NCBI GenBank assembly: GCA_963675745.2
Contig: CAXXWX010000001.1
Location: 192,001 to 256,000, forward strand
Length of the DNA: 64,000 nucleotides
Origin: Phycisphaerae bacterium
Lineage (GTDB): Bacteria > Planctomycetota > Phycisphaerae > UBA1845 > Fen-1342
Reading direction: 5' to 3'
Shown: positions 32,366 to 44,531 of the stretch, piece by piece
Position numbering within the stretch: position 1 is the first letter of the stretch
Layout of the letters: every line of letters begins with the position of its first letter
Made by a program: the position numbers and the translations under genes
The notes under the pieces: generated by a model
Seen by the model: the letters and a program-made list of their open reading frames with translations, nothing else
Databases searched by the model: none
Told to the model about the DNA's origin: nothing

Positions 32366-33763
32366 ATGGCAGAAACACGTATCGAACGCGACTCGATGGG
32401 GGAAATGGAGGTTCCCGCGGGAGCCTTTTATGGTGCCTCGACGCAGCGCGCCGTGCTCAATTTTCCGGTGAGCGGATATCGCTTCGGGCGCCCGTTCATC
32501 AGGGCCATGGGGCTGATCAAATACGCCGCCGCGATGGCCAATGAGAAGCTCGGCAAGCTCGACGGCAAGCTGTCTAAGCTGATCAAACAGGCGGCTCGTG
32601 AGGTGGCCGACGGACTGCACGACGAACATTTCGTCGTGGACATCTTTCAGACCGGCTCGGGCACCAGCACCAACATGAACGCCAACGAGGTCATCGCCAA
32701 CCGCGCAATAGAAATCGCCGGCGGCAAGATCGGCTCAAAGGACCCAGTGCATCCCAATGATCACGTCAACATGGGACAATCCTCCAACGACGTGATCCCG
32801 ACGGCCATGCACGTGGCGGCCGTGACGGCGCTGCACAAGGACCTCATGCCGGCCCTGCACCGTCTGCGCAACGCGCTGTCGGCGAAGGCCAAGGCCTGGG
32901 ACGACATCGTCAAGATCGGCCGAACCCACCTCCAGGACGCCACCCCGATACGCCTCGGGCAGGAATTCAGCGGCTATGCCAGCCAGATCGCCCACGCCGA
33001 CCGGCGGATCATGAGCAAGGTGATCGCGCTGCGCGAGCTGCCCATCGGCGGCACCGCGGTCGGCACCGGCATCAACACGCACCCGCAGTTCGCCAAGCTG
33101 GTCTGCGAGGTTCTGAATCACGAAACGGGCGAGGAGTTCCACGAGGCGCCCAATCACTTTGAGGCCCAGGCCGCCAAGGACAGCTTCGTCGGTACCAGTG
33201 CGGTGCTGCGGACAGTGGCGCTGAGCCTGACCAAGATCGCCAACGACATCCGCCTGCTCGGCAGCGGACCGCGTTGCGGCATCGGCGAGCTGCTGTTGCC
33301 GGCGACGCAGCCGGGCAGCTCGATCATGCCGGGCAAGGTCAACCCGGTGATGTGCGAAGCCGTGCTCCAGGTGTGTGCCCAGGTGATGGGCAACGACCAG
33401 ACGGCGGCCTTTGCGGGGGCGATGCTGGGCACGTTTGACCTGCACGTCGGCATGCCGGTGATGACGCACGCGGTCCTGGAATCGATTCGGCTGATGACGA
33501 ACGTGAGTGATGTGTTCGTCGAGAAGTGCATCGACGGCCTGGAGCCGAATACGGAGCGCTGCGCGGCGTTGATCGAAGGCTCGCTGGCGATGTGTACCAG
33601 CCTGGCTCCGCACATTGGTTACGATGCCGCCGCCGCGATCGCCAAGGAAGCCTTCAAGAGCGGAAAGACGGTGCGCGAGGTCGCGCTTGAGCAGAAGGTG
33701 CTCGACGCGGCGAAGCTCAACGAGGTGCTGGACCCGCGCTCGATGACCGAGCCCAGCGCGTAG
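32366..33763 (+). CDS. fumC: Fumarate hydratase class II
   Basis: RIERDSMG, QTGSGTSTNMNANEV, GRTHLQDATP, GSSIMPGKVNP. Confidence 0.95.
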   Translation: MAETRIERDSMGEMEVPAGAFYGASTQRAVLNFPVSGYRFGRPFIRAMGLIKYAAAMANEKLGKLDGKLSKLIKQAAREVADGLHDEHFVVDIFQTGSGTSTNMNANEVIANRAIEIAGGKIGSKDPVHPNDHVNMGQSSNDVIPTAMHVAAVTALHKDLMPALHRLRNALSAKAKAWDDIVKIGRTHLQDATPIRLGQEFSGYASQIAHADRRIMSKVIALRELPIGGTAVGTGINTHPQFAKLVCEVLNHETGEEFHEAPNHFEAQAAKDSFVGTSAVLRTVALSLTKIANDIRLLGSGPRCGIGELLLPATQPGSSIMPGKVNPVMCEAVLQVCAQVMGNDQTAAFAGAMLGTFDLHVGMPVMTHAVLESIRLMTNVSDVFVEKCIDGLEPNTERCAALIEGSLAMCTSLAPHIGYDAAAAIAKEAFKSGKTVREVALEQKVLDAAKLNEVLDPRSMTEPSA

Positions 33764-33870
33764 CGCCGGGTCTCTGTGCCCGACGACGGTGCAGTCCAGC
33801 CAACTGCGGGGCGCTCAGTCCCCCACCCCGCGCTGCGCGACGGGATGTGGCACCCGGCCGACGGTGTGCG

Positions 33871-33977
33871 GTGTGCCACGGCTCTGTGAGCCGTGCTTGG
33901 TTAACGGGCGTTCGACACACGGCTTACAAAGCCGTGGCAAGCTGCTGCTGGTGGGTGCCCCGCGGCTTGCCGTGGGG
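33871..33977. repeat. REP-like composite, family B (GTGTGCCACGGCTCTGTGAGCCGTG; GGGTGCCCCRCGGCTTGCCGTGGGG)
   Basis: A 25-nt identical copy lies at 34904-34928. The second motif has a copy at 34794-34818. Confidence 0.8.
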
Positions 33978-34016
33978 CACGGACACGATTGTGCCGCATC
34001 CACTGGAGGAACCACG

Positions 34017-34772
34017 ATGGCTGACGACACCGAACCCACACTCCCGCCTGACCTGGGTGGGCCGGTCACAACGCATTACGCCTCCGCACTAGACACCCCC
34101 GTACGCACCGGCATGGCGACAACCTCGCTGGTGCTTGGCATTCTCGCGCTGATCCCAGGGGCGTGCCTACCAATCGCCGGCCAATTGCTCGGCCTGATCG
34201 CGATCATCCTGGGCATCATCGCCTTGACCAGAAGTTCGGCCGAACCGCTGCTTTACGGCGGCAGAGGCAAGGCCATCGGCGGTATCTGCACCGGCGGCGC
34301 GTCGCTCGTGATCGTTGTGCCGGTGCTGCTGATGATCTCGATTCTGTTGCCATCCCTGGCGCGCGCGCGGGAATTGGCCAAGCGGGCCGTGTGCCGGGCG
34401 AACCTGCGCGGCATCGGCCAGGCGTGTCTTGTGTACGCAGCAGATGACGCCAGAGATTCCTTTCCACTGAACCTTCAGATGCTCATCACCGATGGATCCG
34501 TAGGCCCGGAGGTGCTTACGTCACCGTTGGATCCAAACGCACGGGCGGTGAGCTACTCCTATGTGACCGGGCTGACTGAAGACGATCAGGATGACTGGAT
34601 CGTGGCTTTTGCCAATCCGGCCTATTCCAACGGCGAAGGCGCCAGCATGCTCTTTCTGGACGGCCACGTCGAATTCGTCAAAGAGCCGAATTTCACCGGC
34701 TTTCTGGACGCATTCAAGAAGGAATACGAAGCCGCGCGCGGTGAGCCGCCGGTGATATTACCGCCGCAGTGA
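34017..34772 (+). CDS. DUF4190 membrane protein with DUF1559/H-X9-DG-like C-terminus
   Basis: ATTSLVLGIL..GRGKAIGGI, LLPSLARARELAKRAVCRANLRGIGQA, GASMLFLDGHVEF. Confidence 0.8.
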   Translation: MADDTEPTLPPDLGGPVTTHYASALDTPVRTGMATTSLVLGILALIPGACLPIAGQLLGLIAIILGIIALTRSSAEPLLYGGRGKAIGGICTGGASLVIVVPVLLMISILLPSLARARELAKRAVCRANLRGIGQACLVYAADDARDSFPLNLQMLITDGSVGPEVLTSPLDPNARAVSYSYVTGLTEDDQDDWIVAFANPAYSNGEGASMLFLDGHVEFVKEPNFTGFLDAFKKEYEAARGEPPVILPPQ

Positions 34773-34793
34773 CGGCAGGCGACGCAGGCCACC

Positions 34794-34966
34794 GGGTGCC
34801 CCACGGCTTGCCGTGGGGGACGGACGGGCGGCAGCAGTTGATTACGCAAACTGGGAGAGTCAGTGCCGCAGCCCATGGGCTGGGGCACCCGCACATCGTG
34901 TGGGTGTGCCACGGCTCTGTGAGCCGTGGGCCGCGTGTGGACAGCACGGCGCGCAGAGCCGTGGCA
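34794..34966. repeat. REP-like composite, family B, second copy
   Basis: Same motifs as 33871-33977, in a different order. Confidence 0.8.
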
Positions 34967-35061
34967 TGCGTTGGGGGGTGATTGCGGGACAGTTGGGATC
35001 ATGCACAATGGACGAGGCCGGCGGCCAGGGGGTCGCGGTCCATCTCTTGTTGGAGCGAGCC

Positions 35062-35850
35062 ATGTCTGACACACCGCGCCCAGCGCATACCGCCGACACC
35101 AAACTGGCGGCCGCCGCCCTGGTTCTTGGTTTGCTCGCATTCGTGCGGGCTATCTTCCCACTACCGGCCGAAGCATTACTTGGTATGGCGGCGATTCTGC
35201 TGGGCGTGCTGAGCTTATTGCGCGCGACGAACCGATCGCCGATGCACGCCGCCAAGCCGCTCGCGGTGATCGCAATCTGCGCCGGTGTCGTCGCCCTCGT
35301 ATTGGTGCCGCTCGGGCAGGCGATGGGCCCACGTGGCGGCGCGGGGACGATCGATCACCGGGCCATCCGACAGGCCGTTTTTGACGGCCTCGATGAGTAT
35401 CGCGCACAGAGCGAACAATCACCCGAGATGGCCAAGGCACGCGAGCAAGCCGCACGCGTGCGCTGTGCGGCCAATCTGCGCTCCATCGGTCAGGCGCTGA
35501 TGATTTACTCCAATGAATTCATGGAGGAAGTGCCCGCGCAGCTCACCATGCTGGACACCGAACTCGGCTACCTGCGCCCCGCCCAGTTGCGCTCGCCGTT
35601 GAACGAGAAACAGGACCGCGCGTGCGACTATTTCTTCGTGCAGGAAAGCCGACGGCGGAACCGCAACAAGAATTGGCTGATGGCCTGGGGTGATCCGGCG
35701 TACACCGACGGCGCCGGCGCCAGCGTGCTATACACCGACGGCCACACCGAGTTTCTCGAACAGCCCAAGTTCGACGAGGTGATGGAGCGCTTCCTGCGCG
35801 AGTTCCAAGAGAAGAACAAACGCGAGCCCAAGATCATCAAACCGCAGTGA
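35062..35850 (+). CDS. Paralogous DUF4190-like/H-X9-DG-like membrane protein
   Basis: AAALVLGLL, AREQAARVRCAANLRSIGQAL, GASVLYTDGHTEF. C-terminus EPKIIKPQ versus EPPVILPPQ in the first paralog. Confidence 0.75.
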   Translation: MSDTPRPAHTADTKLAAAALVLGLLAFVRAIFPLPAEALLGMAAILLGVLSLLRATNRSPMHAAKPLAVIAICAGVVALVLVPLGQAMGPRGGAGTIDHRAIRQAVFDGLDEYRAQSEQSPEMAKAREQAARVRCAANLRSIGQALMIYSNEFMEEVPAQLTMLDTELGYLRPAQLRSPLNEKQDRACDYFFVQESRRRNRNKNWLMAWGDPAYTDGAGASVLYTDGHTEFLEQPKFDEVMERFLREFQEKNKREPKIIKPQ

Positions 35851-35862
35851 TTGCGTGAGAAA

Positions 35863-35981
35863 AAGGGACTAAGGGACTAAGGGACTAAGGGTTGGCAATC
35901 GAGTGCGAGCCTCAATCCCATAGTCCCTCATTCCCGTAGTCCCTTTGTTCCCTGTTCCCCGTTCCCCGTTCCCTGTTCCCC
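35863..35981. repeat. Inverted octamer/heptamer arrays (AAGGGACT)3 ... TAGTCCCT/(YGTTCCC)n, between convergent genes
   Basis: Read directly. The arms are complementary, so it may act as a bidirectional terminator. Confidence 0.85.
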
Positions 35982-35985
35982 GCCT

Positions 35986-37255
35986 TTACGTTCCTTCGCC
36001 CGAACTCGCCAGATATATCTTCTGCACGCTGGTGAGCTTGTCGATGGCCACGTTCATCGACTGGAGTTTGAGCTTGGCGACCTGGTCTTCGATCTTGCTC
36101 GGCACGTCATGCACACATATATCGAACTTGCGGCCGCGCTTCGCCGCCCATTCGGCGCATAAGGCCTGGGTCGCGAAGCTCATGTCCATCACGCTGGCCG
36201 GATGGCCCGTAGCCGCGCTGAGATTTACCAGGCGGCCCTCGGCAAGCAGGAAAATGCTCTTCTTGCCGGTGATGACATACTCGTCGACGTTGGTGCGCAC
36301 GCCCTTGATGACCTTCTTGGACATCTTGCTTCAGCGCCGGGATATCTATCTCGACGTCGAAGTGCCCGCTGTTGCAGACCATGGCGCCGTTGGGCATCTT
36401 GCGGAAGTGCTCGCCCCGCAACACGTGCTTGTTGCCGGTGACGGTGATAAACAGCTCGCCGAACGTGGCGGCTTCGCTCATCGGACGGACGTCGAATCCG
36501 TCCATGACGGCTTCGAGGGCCTTCAGCGGATCGATTTCGGTGACGGTGACCAGTGCGCCGGCCCCGCGTGCCCGCATGGCCACGCCGCGCCCGCACCAGC
36601 CATAACCGACGACGACGGTTTTCTTGCCGGCCAGCAGCGTATCAGTCGCGCGGACGACACCGTCAAGCGTGCTCTGGCCCGTACCGTAGCGATTGTCGAA
36701 GAGGTGCTTGGTGGTGGCATCGTTGACGGCGATGACGGGGAAGGCGAGGTCGCCGTCCTTTTCCATCGCGCGCAGTCGGATCACGCCGGTGGTGGTTTCT
36801 TCCATGCTGGCGACGATGGTCTTCGCCTGCGCGGCGCGCTTGGTATGCAGCAGGTTCACCAGGTCAGCGCCGTCGTCCATCGTAATCTGCGGCTTGGTGT
36901 CCAGCACGGAGTTGAGGTGGTCGTAAAAGACCTTCACATTTTCGCCGCGCCGGGCGTAGACGGAAATTCCGAAGTCCTTGACCAGGCTGGCGGCGGTGGG
37001 ATCCTGGGTGCTGAGCGGGTTTGAAGCGCAGAGGGCGACCTCGGCTCCGCCTTCCTTGAGTGTCCGCATCAGATTGGCGGTCTCGCTGGTGACGTGCATG
37101 CAGCAGCCGGTGCGCACGCCTTTCAGCGGTTTCTGCTTCCTGAAGCGCTCGCGAATCAGCGCCAGTACGGGCATGTCACGATCGGCCCAGAGGATTTTCT
37201 TCTTGCCTTCCGGCGCCAGCCGGAGATCAGTTACGTCGCAGCGCGCTTTTGCCAT
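35986..37255 (-). pseudogene. ahcY: Adenosylhomocysteinase, frameshifted (real lesion or assembly error)
   Basis: [35 protein letters not shown] and GHFDVEI are in one frame. GRLVNL..ATGHP..MDMSF is in another. One extra base near 36328 accounts for the shift. Confidence 0.88.
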
Positions 37256-37422
37256 TGCTCTCACACTCCCTTCTGAGCAGTGAGCGTTTATTGTCGGTGT
37301 GGCCGGCCGGCGGTCGGCCGGACAGCGCGGTCGCATGACCGCACAAGTACGAATCGTGGAAATTAACCGGGATTGGTGACGCCGACAACCACCCGAGAAG
37401 TGGAAGCTACCTTCGGCGGTCG

Positions 37423-37860
37423 TCAGCGTACGGGCATATCGGGTTGCGAACAGAGCTCGGCTATCGTCGTCAGGAGTTGGCGGCGATCGATCGGCTTGCT
37501 GACGTGTTCATCACAACCGGCCTCGAGGCACTTCTCTCGGTCGCTGGACATTGCATGCGCTGTCAGCGCGATGATCGGGCAGTTGAAGCCGCGCTGGCGC
37601 AGCTCGCCGGCCGCCTCGTAGCCGTCCATGACGGGCATCTGCATGTCCAGCAGAATGATGTCGAATGGGCGTGCGTCGTTGCCTTGTGTTGCGGCCATTG
37701 CCATGTCGATGGCTTCGCGACCGTTTTCCGCAACTGACACCTCCGCCCCCGCGCGGCGCAGCAGCAGCGTGATCAGTCGCTGATTGTCGGGTCCGTCCTC
37801 GGCCAGCAATATCCGGCAATCGAGCGACGGCATGTCCGCTGTCGGCCGCTCCGTACGCAT
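37423..37860 (-). CDS. Response-regulator receiver domain (probably the C-terminus of a frameshifted hybrid kinase)
   Basis: [37 protein letters not shown]. Confidence 0.8.
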   Translation of the reverse strand: MRTERPTADMPSLDCRILLAEDGPDNQRLITLLLRRAGAEVSVAENGREAIDMAMAATQGNDARPFDIILLDMQMPVMDGYEAAGELRQRGFNCPIIALTAHAMSSDREKCLEAGCDEHVSKPIDRRQLLTTIAELCSQPDMPVR

Positions 37861-39086
37861 TGCGACGCAACCGCCAGATCCGCGCCGCCCTCAGCGATCT
37901 TCACGTTCCGCAACGAGCCGATCGCAACCGTGATCCGGAAGGTACTACCCACACCCACCCGGCTCTCGACCTGGACGTCGCCCCCCATTGACCGCGCCAG
38001 CCGGCGGCTGATGGTGAGACCTAGTCCCGTGCCCCCATACTTCCTCGTCGTCGACACATCCGTCTGCGTAAAGGGCTCAAACAGATCGGCAAGCGCGCTC
38101 GCGGGCATCCCGATCCCCGTGTCGCTCACGTCGAACCGCAGCATCGCTTTGTCCGGCGATTCCTCGACCAGGCCCACAGTAACGCACACGCTACCTGAGG
38201 TTGTGAACTTGACGGCGTTGCCAATGACGTTGACCAGAATCTGCCGCAGGCGTGTCGGATCGGTCTGGATGACCTCGGGAACCGGACCGGCGCAATTGAT
38301 CGTGAAGCTCAGCCCCTTGGCTTTGGCACGGCTGCGCATGAGCGAATCAACTTCGGCCAGCAACTGCGCCAGCGGATAGGACGTGTGCTCGATCTGAAGC
38401 CGTCCAGCCTCGATCTTGGACAAATCGAGAATGTCATTGATGAGGTGCAGCAGGTGTGTTCCGTTGCGACGGATCGTATCAACCGCCTCAAGCGCTTCCT
38501 CCGACACACTCGCCCCGCGCAGTTGCTCATCCAACTCGTCGGCGAAGCCCAGGATCCCCGTCATGGGCGTGCGAATCTCATGGCTCATGTTTGCCAGAAA
38601 AGCGCTCTTGAGACGATTGGCCTCTTCGGCGGCGTCCAGAGCCTCTGTAAGCTGGTAATTGGCAGCCGCCAGACGCTTTTGTTGCGCCCCCAGTTCCCGC
38701 GCCTGAACGTTGAGTTCAGTGTTCTGCCGTTCGAGCAACGCCGCCTGCTGGCGCAACTGGTCCTCGGCCTGCGCCCGGCGCCGAATCTCCTCCTTTGATT
38801 CTCTCCAGCGTCGCAGCGAAAAAACGATGAGCGACAGCGCCACAACCACGCTCGCGCTCAGGAACTCGTCCAGTTCCCAGTCCTCGTGCGCGCGGGAGAA
38901 CTGTACGAAACGCTCGAAGACTTCATGCCGCCTCGACAGGAATATGGCACACGCCGAAACCGCCGCCAGAACCAGCATATCCCTAACAACGGGCGGCAAG
39001 CGGAGAAGTCGCGTGACGGCCCCGGTCTGTGTAGCCTGGTGGCGTTCGTCTGTGGTCACGGCGTACCGACCCAACTCCCCCGCCAC
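37773..39086 (-). CDS. Sensor histidine kinase (2 TM, HisKA, HATPase)
   Basis: [31 protein letters not shown]. Start is uncertain. Confidence 0.9.
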   Translation of the reverse strand: MAGELGRYAVTTDERHQATQTGAVTRLLRLPPVVRDMLVLAAVSACAIFLSRRHEVFERFVQFSRAHEDWELDEFLSASVVVALSLIVFSLRRWRESKEEIRRRAQAEDQLRQQAALLERQNTELNVQARELGAQQKRLAAANYQLTEALDAAEEANRLKSAFLANMSHEIRTPMTGILGFADELDEQLRGASVSEEALEAVDTIRRNGTHLLHLINDILDLSKIEAGRLQIEHTSYPLAQLLAEVDSLMRSRAKAKGLSFTINCAGPVPEVIQTDPTRLRQILVNVIGNAVKFTTSGSVCVTVGLVEESPDKAMLRFDVSDTGIGMPASALADLFEPFTQTDVSTTRKYGGTGLGLTISRRLARSMGGDVQVESRVGVGSTFRITVAIGSLRNVKIAEGGADLAVASQCVRSGRQRTCRRSIAGYCWPRTDPTISD

Positions 39087-39349
39087 GATACAGCGCTTTG
39101 GCTGTTATCGACGCAGAACGTGACGGGGCTTGAGCGGCGTCAACCGAATGGGCCATAGCGAGCCGGCCGACGGCACTGATAATATGGTCCGGTAATCCGG
39201 CGGATGTGTGGGTCGCTTCGCCGGCAACACAATCGCAACAAAAGCCAAGCCCCGCATGCGAGCACGCGCGGCGTGACGCCGCACATTCGCAATCACGGGG
39301 CTCGGAAACCCACGTCCGTACGTGGGACAGCTACGTTTCAATCAGTCGC

Positions 39350-40816
39350 CTAATCGGCGAGCCTCTTGGGCGCCCGCAGCATGAGGCCGATCACCGCGGC
39401 GACCAGGCAGGAGACGCCGGCGATGATGAACGGCGTTTGCCACGCGTTGGCCGATACCGAGGCCAGGAAATCCTGTGCGGACGCATCATCGGCGAGCTTG
39501 GTAGCCGCGGCCTTCGCGGCATCCTTGAAATACCCGGCCACGTATGGCCCGGCAATACCGGCAATGCCGTACGCCAGGAACACGAACGGGTAATTCGTGC
39601 CCACGCGCTTGTTGCCGAAGAAGTCGGCCGTCGCCGCGGGGAACAGGGCGAAGTTGCCACCGAAGTTGAAGCCGATGATACAGGCCCACACGATCAGGCC
39701 GAGAGGTGTTCTTCCAACATAGAAGAAGCTCAGCATGATGATGCCCTGAATCAGGCACATCAGGAAGAGGGCGGTCTTACGCCCGATCTTGTCCGACACG
39801 GTCCCCCAGACGATGCGCCCGAGTCCGTTCAGAATGGCGTACCACGCCATGGCGGTTCCGGCTATCGCGCCGGCCCACTTGGTGAATTCGGCGGCGATGT
39901 CGACGCCTTCACTCTCGAACGTCAATCCGCGCTCGGCCAGCGACGCCGTCACGTCCTTGAGCGCCGCGGCACCCTGGTGCACCAGCAGGCTGTCAACGCC
40001 GAACAAGCGGATGCAGTAGATGACCATTAGCCCGGCGAGTGCCGAACCGGTGAACATGAGCAGCAGGCCCCAGTACTGGGGGATTGCAACCATCTGGCCG
40101 ACCGTGAGGTCGACGCCGCCGCTTGAGGTGGCTGCGGCGCTGCCCGCCGTGGGCGGGTTCCAACCGGCGGGCTTCCAGCCGGCGGGCGGATTCACCATGA
40201 CGGCACTGCCGATCAGGACCATGACGAGAAAGACGGCGCCATAGATGACGAACACGCTCTGCACGCCCGGCAACCCGAACAACTCCGTTGTGTTGAGCAA
40301 TCCGCCAAACCAGCTACCAGCCAGTTTGACCCAGATCGTAGCGCCGAAGCCGAATCCGGCCACCGCCAACCCGGTGATCATCCCCTTCTTGTCGGGGAAC
40401 CACTTAACGCAGACGGCGATGGGGACGACGTAGGCCAGGCCGATACCGGCACCGCCGATCAGGCCAATGCAGACAAACTGCTGCATGAAGGCGGAACCGA
40501 TGAATCCACCCAGGATGTAGCCGACGCCAAGGACGATCCCACCGACAACAGCAACGATCCGGGGTCCGGATTTGGCCTGCCAGCGTCCGGCGAAGAGCAT
40601 GACGAATGCAAAGGATGCCAGGCCGGCCGAGAAGATGGCCGCGGTCTGCTTGTTTGAGAACGCATAGTCGCCGCCGGCAAGCTCGAGTTTCTTTGTGAAC
40701 ACGCTCCAGGCGTAAATCGCGCCGAGGGCGAGCTGAATCAAGATCGCCCCCACTACCACCAGCCAGCGGTTCATCACTGGCTGCCCGTGCCCGTCAGCGC
40801 TGTTTCCCTCTGTCAT
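39350..40816 (-). CDS. OFA (oxalate/formate antiporter) family MFS transporter
   Basis: LGAIYAWSVF, KWFPDKKGMITGLAVAGFG, NGLGRIVWG.SDKIGR. Confidence 0.88.
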   Translation of the reverse strand: MTEGNSADGHGQPVMNRWLVVVGAILIQLALGAIYAWSVFTKKLELAGGDYAFSNKQTAAIFSAGLASFAFVMLFAGRWQAKSGPRIVAVVGGIVLGVGYILGGFIGSAFMQQFVCIGLIGGAGIGLAYVVPIAVCVKWFPDKKGMITGLAVAGFGFGATIWVKLAGSWFGGLLNTTELFGLPGVQSVFVIYGAVFLVMVLIGSAVMVNPPAGWKPAGWNPPTAGSAAATSSGGVDLTVGQMVAIPQYWGLLLMFTGSALAGLMVIYCIRLFGVDSLLVHQGAAALKDVTASLAERGLTFESEGVDIAAEFTKWAGAIAGTAMAWYAILNGLGRIVWGTVSDKIGRKTALFLMCLIQGIIMLSFFYVGRTPLGLIVWACIIGFNFGGNFALFPAATADFFGNKRVGTNYPFVFLAYGIAGIAGPYVAGYFKDAAKAAATKLADDASAQDFLASVSANAWQTPFIIAGVSCLVAAVIGLMLRAPKRLAD

Positions 40817-40887
40817 ATTCTCTTCTCCTCTTGTGAGAACGCGACCATGGCGCGGCGACGAATGTGCTTGCCGCTGGTGTGAGAACC

Positions 40888-41058
40888 GCTGGTGCCGTTA
40901 ACCGCTGGTGCTGGTGCAAACCACTGGTGCGAGAATCCTTTCTCGCACCCATACCCGGGGAATCACTTCCCACGGCCATAGGTGCGAGATAGGAAACTCG
41001 CACCAGCACCGGCCGGCACTCGCACCAGCAACACTGCTCGACAGCAGTGGCACACCGG
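40888..41058. repeat. REP-like composite palindromes (GGTGCGAG...CTCGCACC x2; CACTGCTCGACAGCAGTGGCAC)
   Basis: Hairpins at 40926-40949 and 40981-41004. The terminal motif resembles the reverse complement of family B. Confidence 0.65.
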
Positions 41059-41076
41059 CCGGGATATTCTCCGCCC

Positions 41077-43014
<1,938 letters not shown>

Positions 43015-43097
43015 GATCTCCTGTAAAGCTGATTACGCGACCTGCAATCATCCGTTCCCGTTTGAGCACAGCCCTCAGCCGTGTTACGGTCGTCACA

Positions 43098-44531
43098 CTA
43101 GAATGTCACCCGCGCGCGAAAGCCCAGTACGACTGCATCCTTGTTGGACCGCAGTCCGCCGGGATCACGAATGTACTGGATATCCGGGGAAAAGGTCAGC
43201 CACGGCGTGAGCTGGAAGCTGTAGTACAGCTCGTAACCGGTCTCGCCGTAGAAATCACTGTTTACCTCGCGTTTGTATTCGTGCGAGGCCAGCGCCTGGT
43301 ACATGCCGAAGCCGGCGCGATCCTTGTCGCGCTCTGGAATCGGCCCCAGATACTCAACGCCGGTCGACCAGAAGTGGCCGATGCGGTTGACGTTGCCGCG
43401 GCGGAAGCCATAGCGGCAGAACCAACCCAGGCCCTGGTCATCCTCCGGGCTTTCGCGAAAGAGCTTCTGGTCGAAACTCAGATAGAACCCGTAGTCGCCA
43501 CGCTCATAATCCGGCTCGGCGCGGCCGCCGAGTTGACTACCGAATATCTCCTTGCGCCGCGGGTCGTATATCAGGCCGAAGCGGTAGTTGCCGGCCAGAT
43601 CGCCGTTGGGCCCCGGAATCTTCGGGCGCAGCTCGGTGTGGAGATAGCCGAAGTACGTCGCCTCATCATGGAAGGCCGTATCGAGCCCGGTGCGGAAGAT
43701 ACGGGCGTCGCCGTCGGACGCGCCGATGGCAAACCCGAGCCACTCGGTCGGATCCCAGAACAGCACCGCCCCCAACCCGATGGTGAGCGGCACGATGGCG
43801 TTGTCGTTGTCCAGGTACGTGTTAAAGAACTGCTTGTCCTCGGAGTTGGCGTAGGCGTTACGGTCAAACGCCATCTGCTGGTCGAGATAGCCGACTCGCA
43901 GCTTCAATTTGTCCTTGATCAGCGTCTGCTGGTATTGCAGCACGTCGATGTAGATCACCTTGTCGCCGTCCGCGTCATCGAAGGGGTCGGCCAAGGCACC
44001 CACTTTGGGGTTGATGTTGCGGCTGAAGTGCCCCTTGGGCCAGACGAACAGCTCGCCGCCGGGAATCAGCCCCATCTTCTCGAAGTCCAGGAACAGGTGC
44101 AGATCCAGCGTTGCACTGTTGCGTTGGGCATTGTTGAGATCCTGGCCACCCTGGAGCAGAATCCCGTAGAAGTGGTTGTAATAAAGATTGATCTTCACGC
44201 CCACGTCTTCCAGTTCGGGGCGTACGCCGCCCCAATCACCGGTCAATCGCGGCGTGGTGAGAATATTGTACGGCTCGCGCGCCGGCGGCGGCGGAGGCGG
44301 TGGTTCGGCGTCGGTTGATTCCGCGTCGGCGGGCAGCGCTGCGTCGGCCGGCACCGCCTCATCGTTCGTCGCCGAAGGCTCGTCGGCAACAAGTCCCATC
44401 GGCGCTGCCGCCAGCAGAGCCAGCAGCGCGACGACAGCCATCCATTGTGGCAGATACCCTCCAGGGGTGTGGCGGGTTCCGCGGTTGTTCCCAGCAATGC
44501 ACCAATCACAACGGACGTTTCGCCGCAACAT
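43098..44531 (-). CDS. OprB-family (carbohydrate-selective) porin
   Basis: LTGDWGGVR..L.DVG, ELYYSFQLTPWL..SPDIQYI..PGG, terminal F. Start is uncertain. Confidence 0.85.
   Translation of the reverse strand: MLRRNVRCDWCIAGNNRGTRHTPGGYLPQWMAVVALLALLAAAPMGLVADEPSATNDEAVPADAALPADAESTDAEPPPPPPPAREPYNILTTPRLTGDWGGVRPELEDVGVKINLYYNHFYGILLQGGQDLNNAQRNSATLDLHLFLDFEKMGLIPGGELFVWPKGHFSRNINPKVGALADPFDDADGDKVIYIDVLQYQQTLIKDKLKLRVGYLDQQMAFDRNAYANSEDKQFFNTYLDNDNAIVPLTIGLGAVLFWDPTEWLGFAIGASDGDARIFRTGLDTAFHDEATYFGYLHTELRPKIPGPNGDLAGNYRFGLIYDPRRKEIFGSQLGGRAEPDYERGDYGFYLSFDQKLFRESPEDDQGLGWFCRYGFRRGNVNRIGHFWSTGVEYLGPIPERDKDRAGFGMYQALASHEYKREVNSDFYGETGYELYYSFQLTPWLTFSPDIQYIRDPGGLRSNKDAVVLGFRARVTF

Noticed and set aside
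37256..37422. SAH riboswitch upstream of ahcY
   Set aside because: I could not match the consensus by eye. It needs an Infernal/Rfam scan.
43062..44318. Long antisense ORFs (also 16230-17369, 25770-26933, 27591-28883, 45686-46861, 50166-51413, 58409-59596)
   Set aside because: Shadow ORFs opposite well-supported genes, as expected in high-GC DNA.
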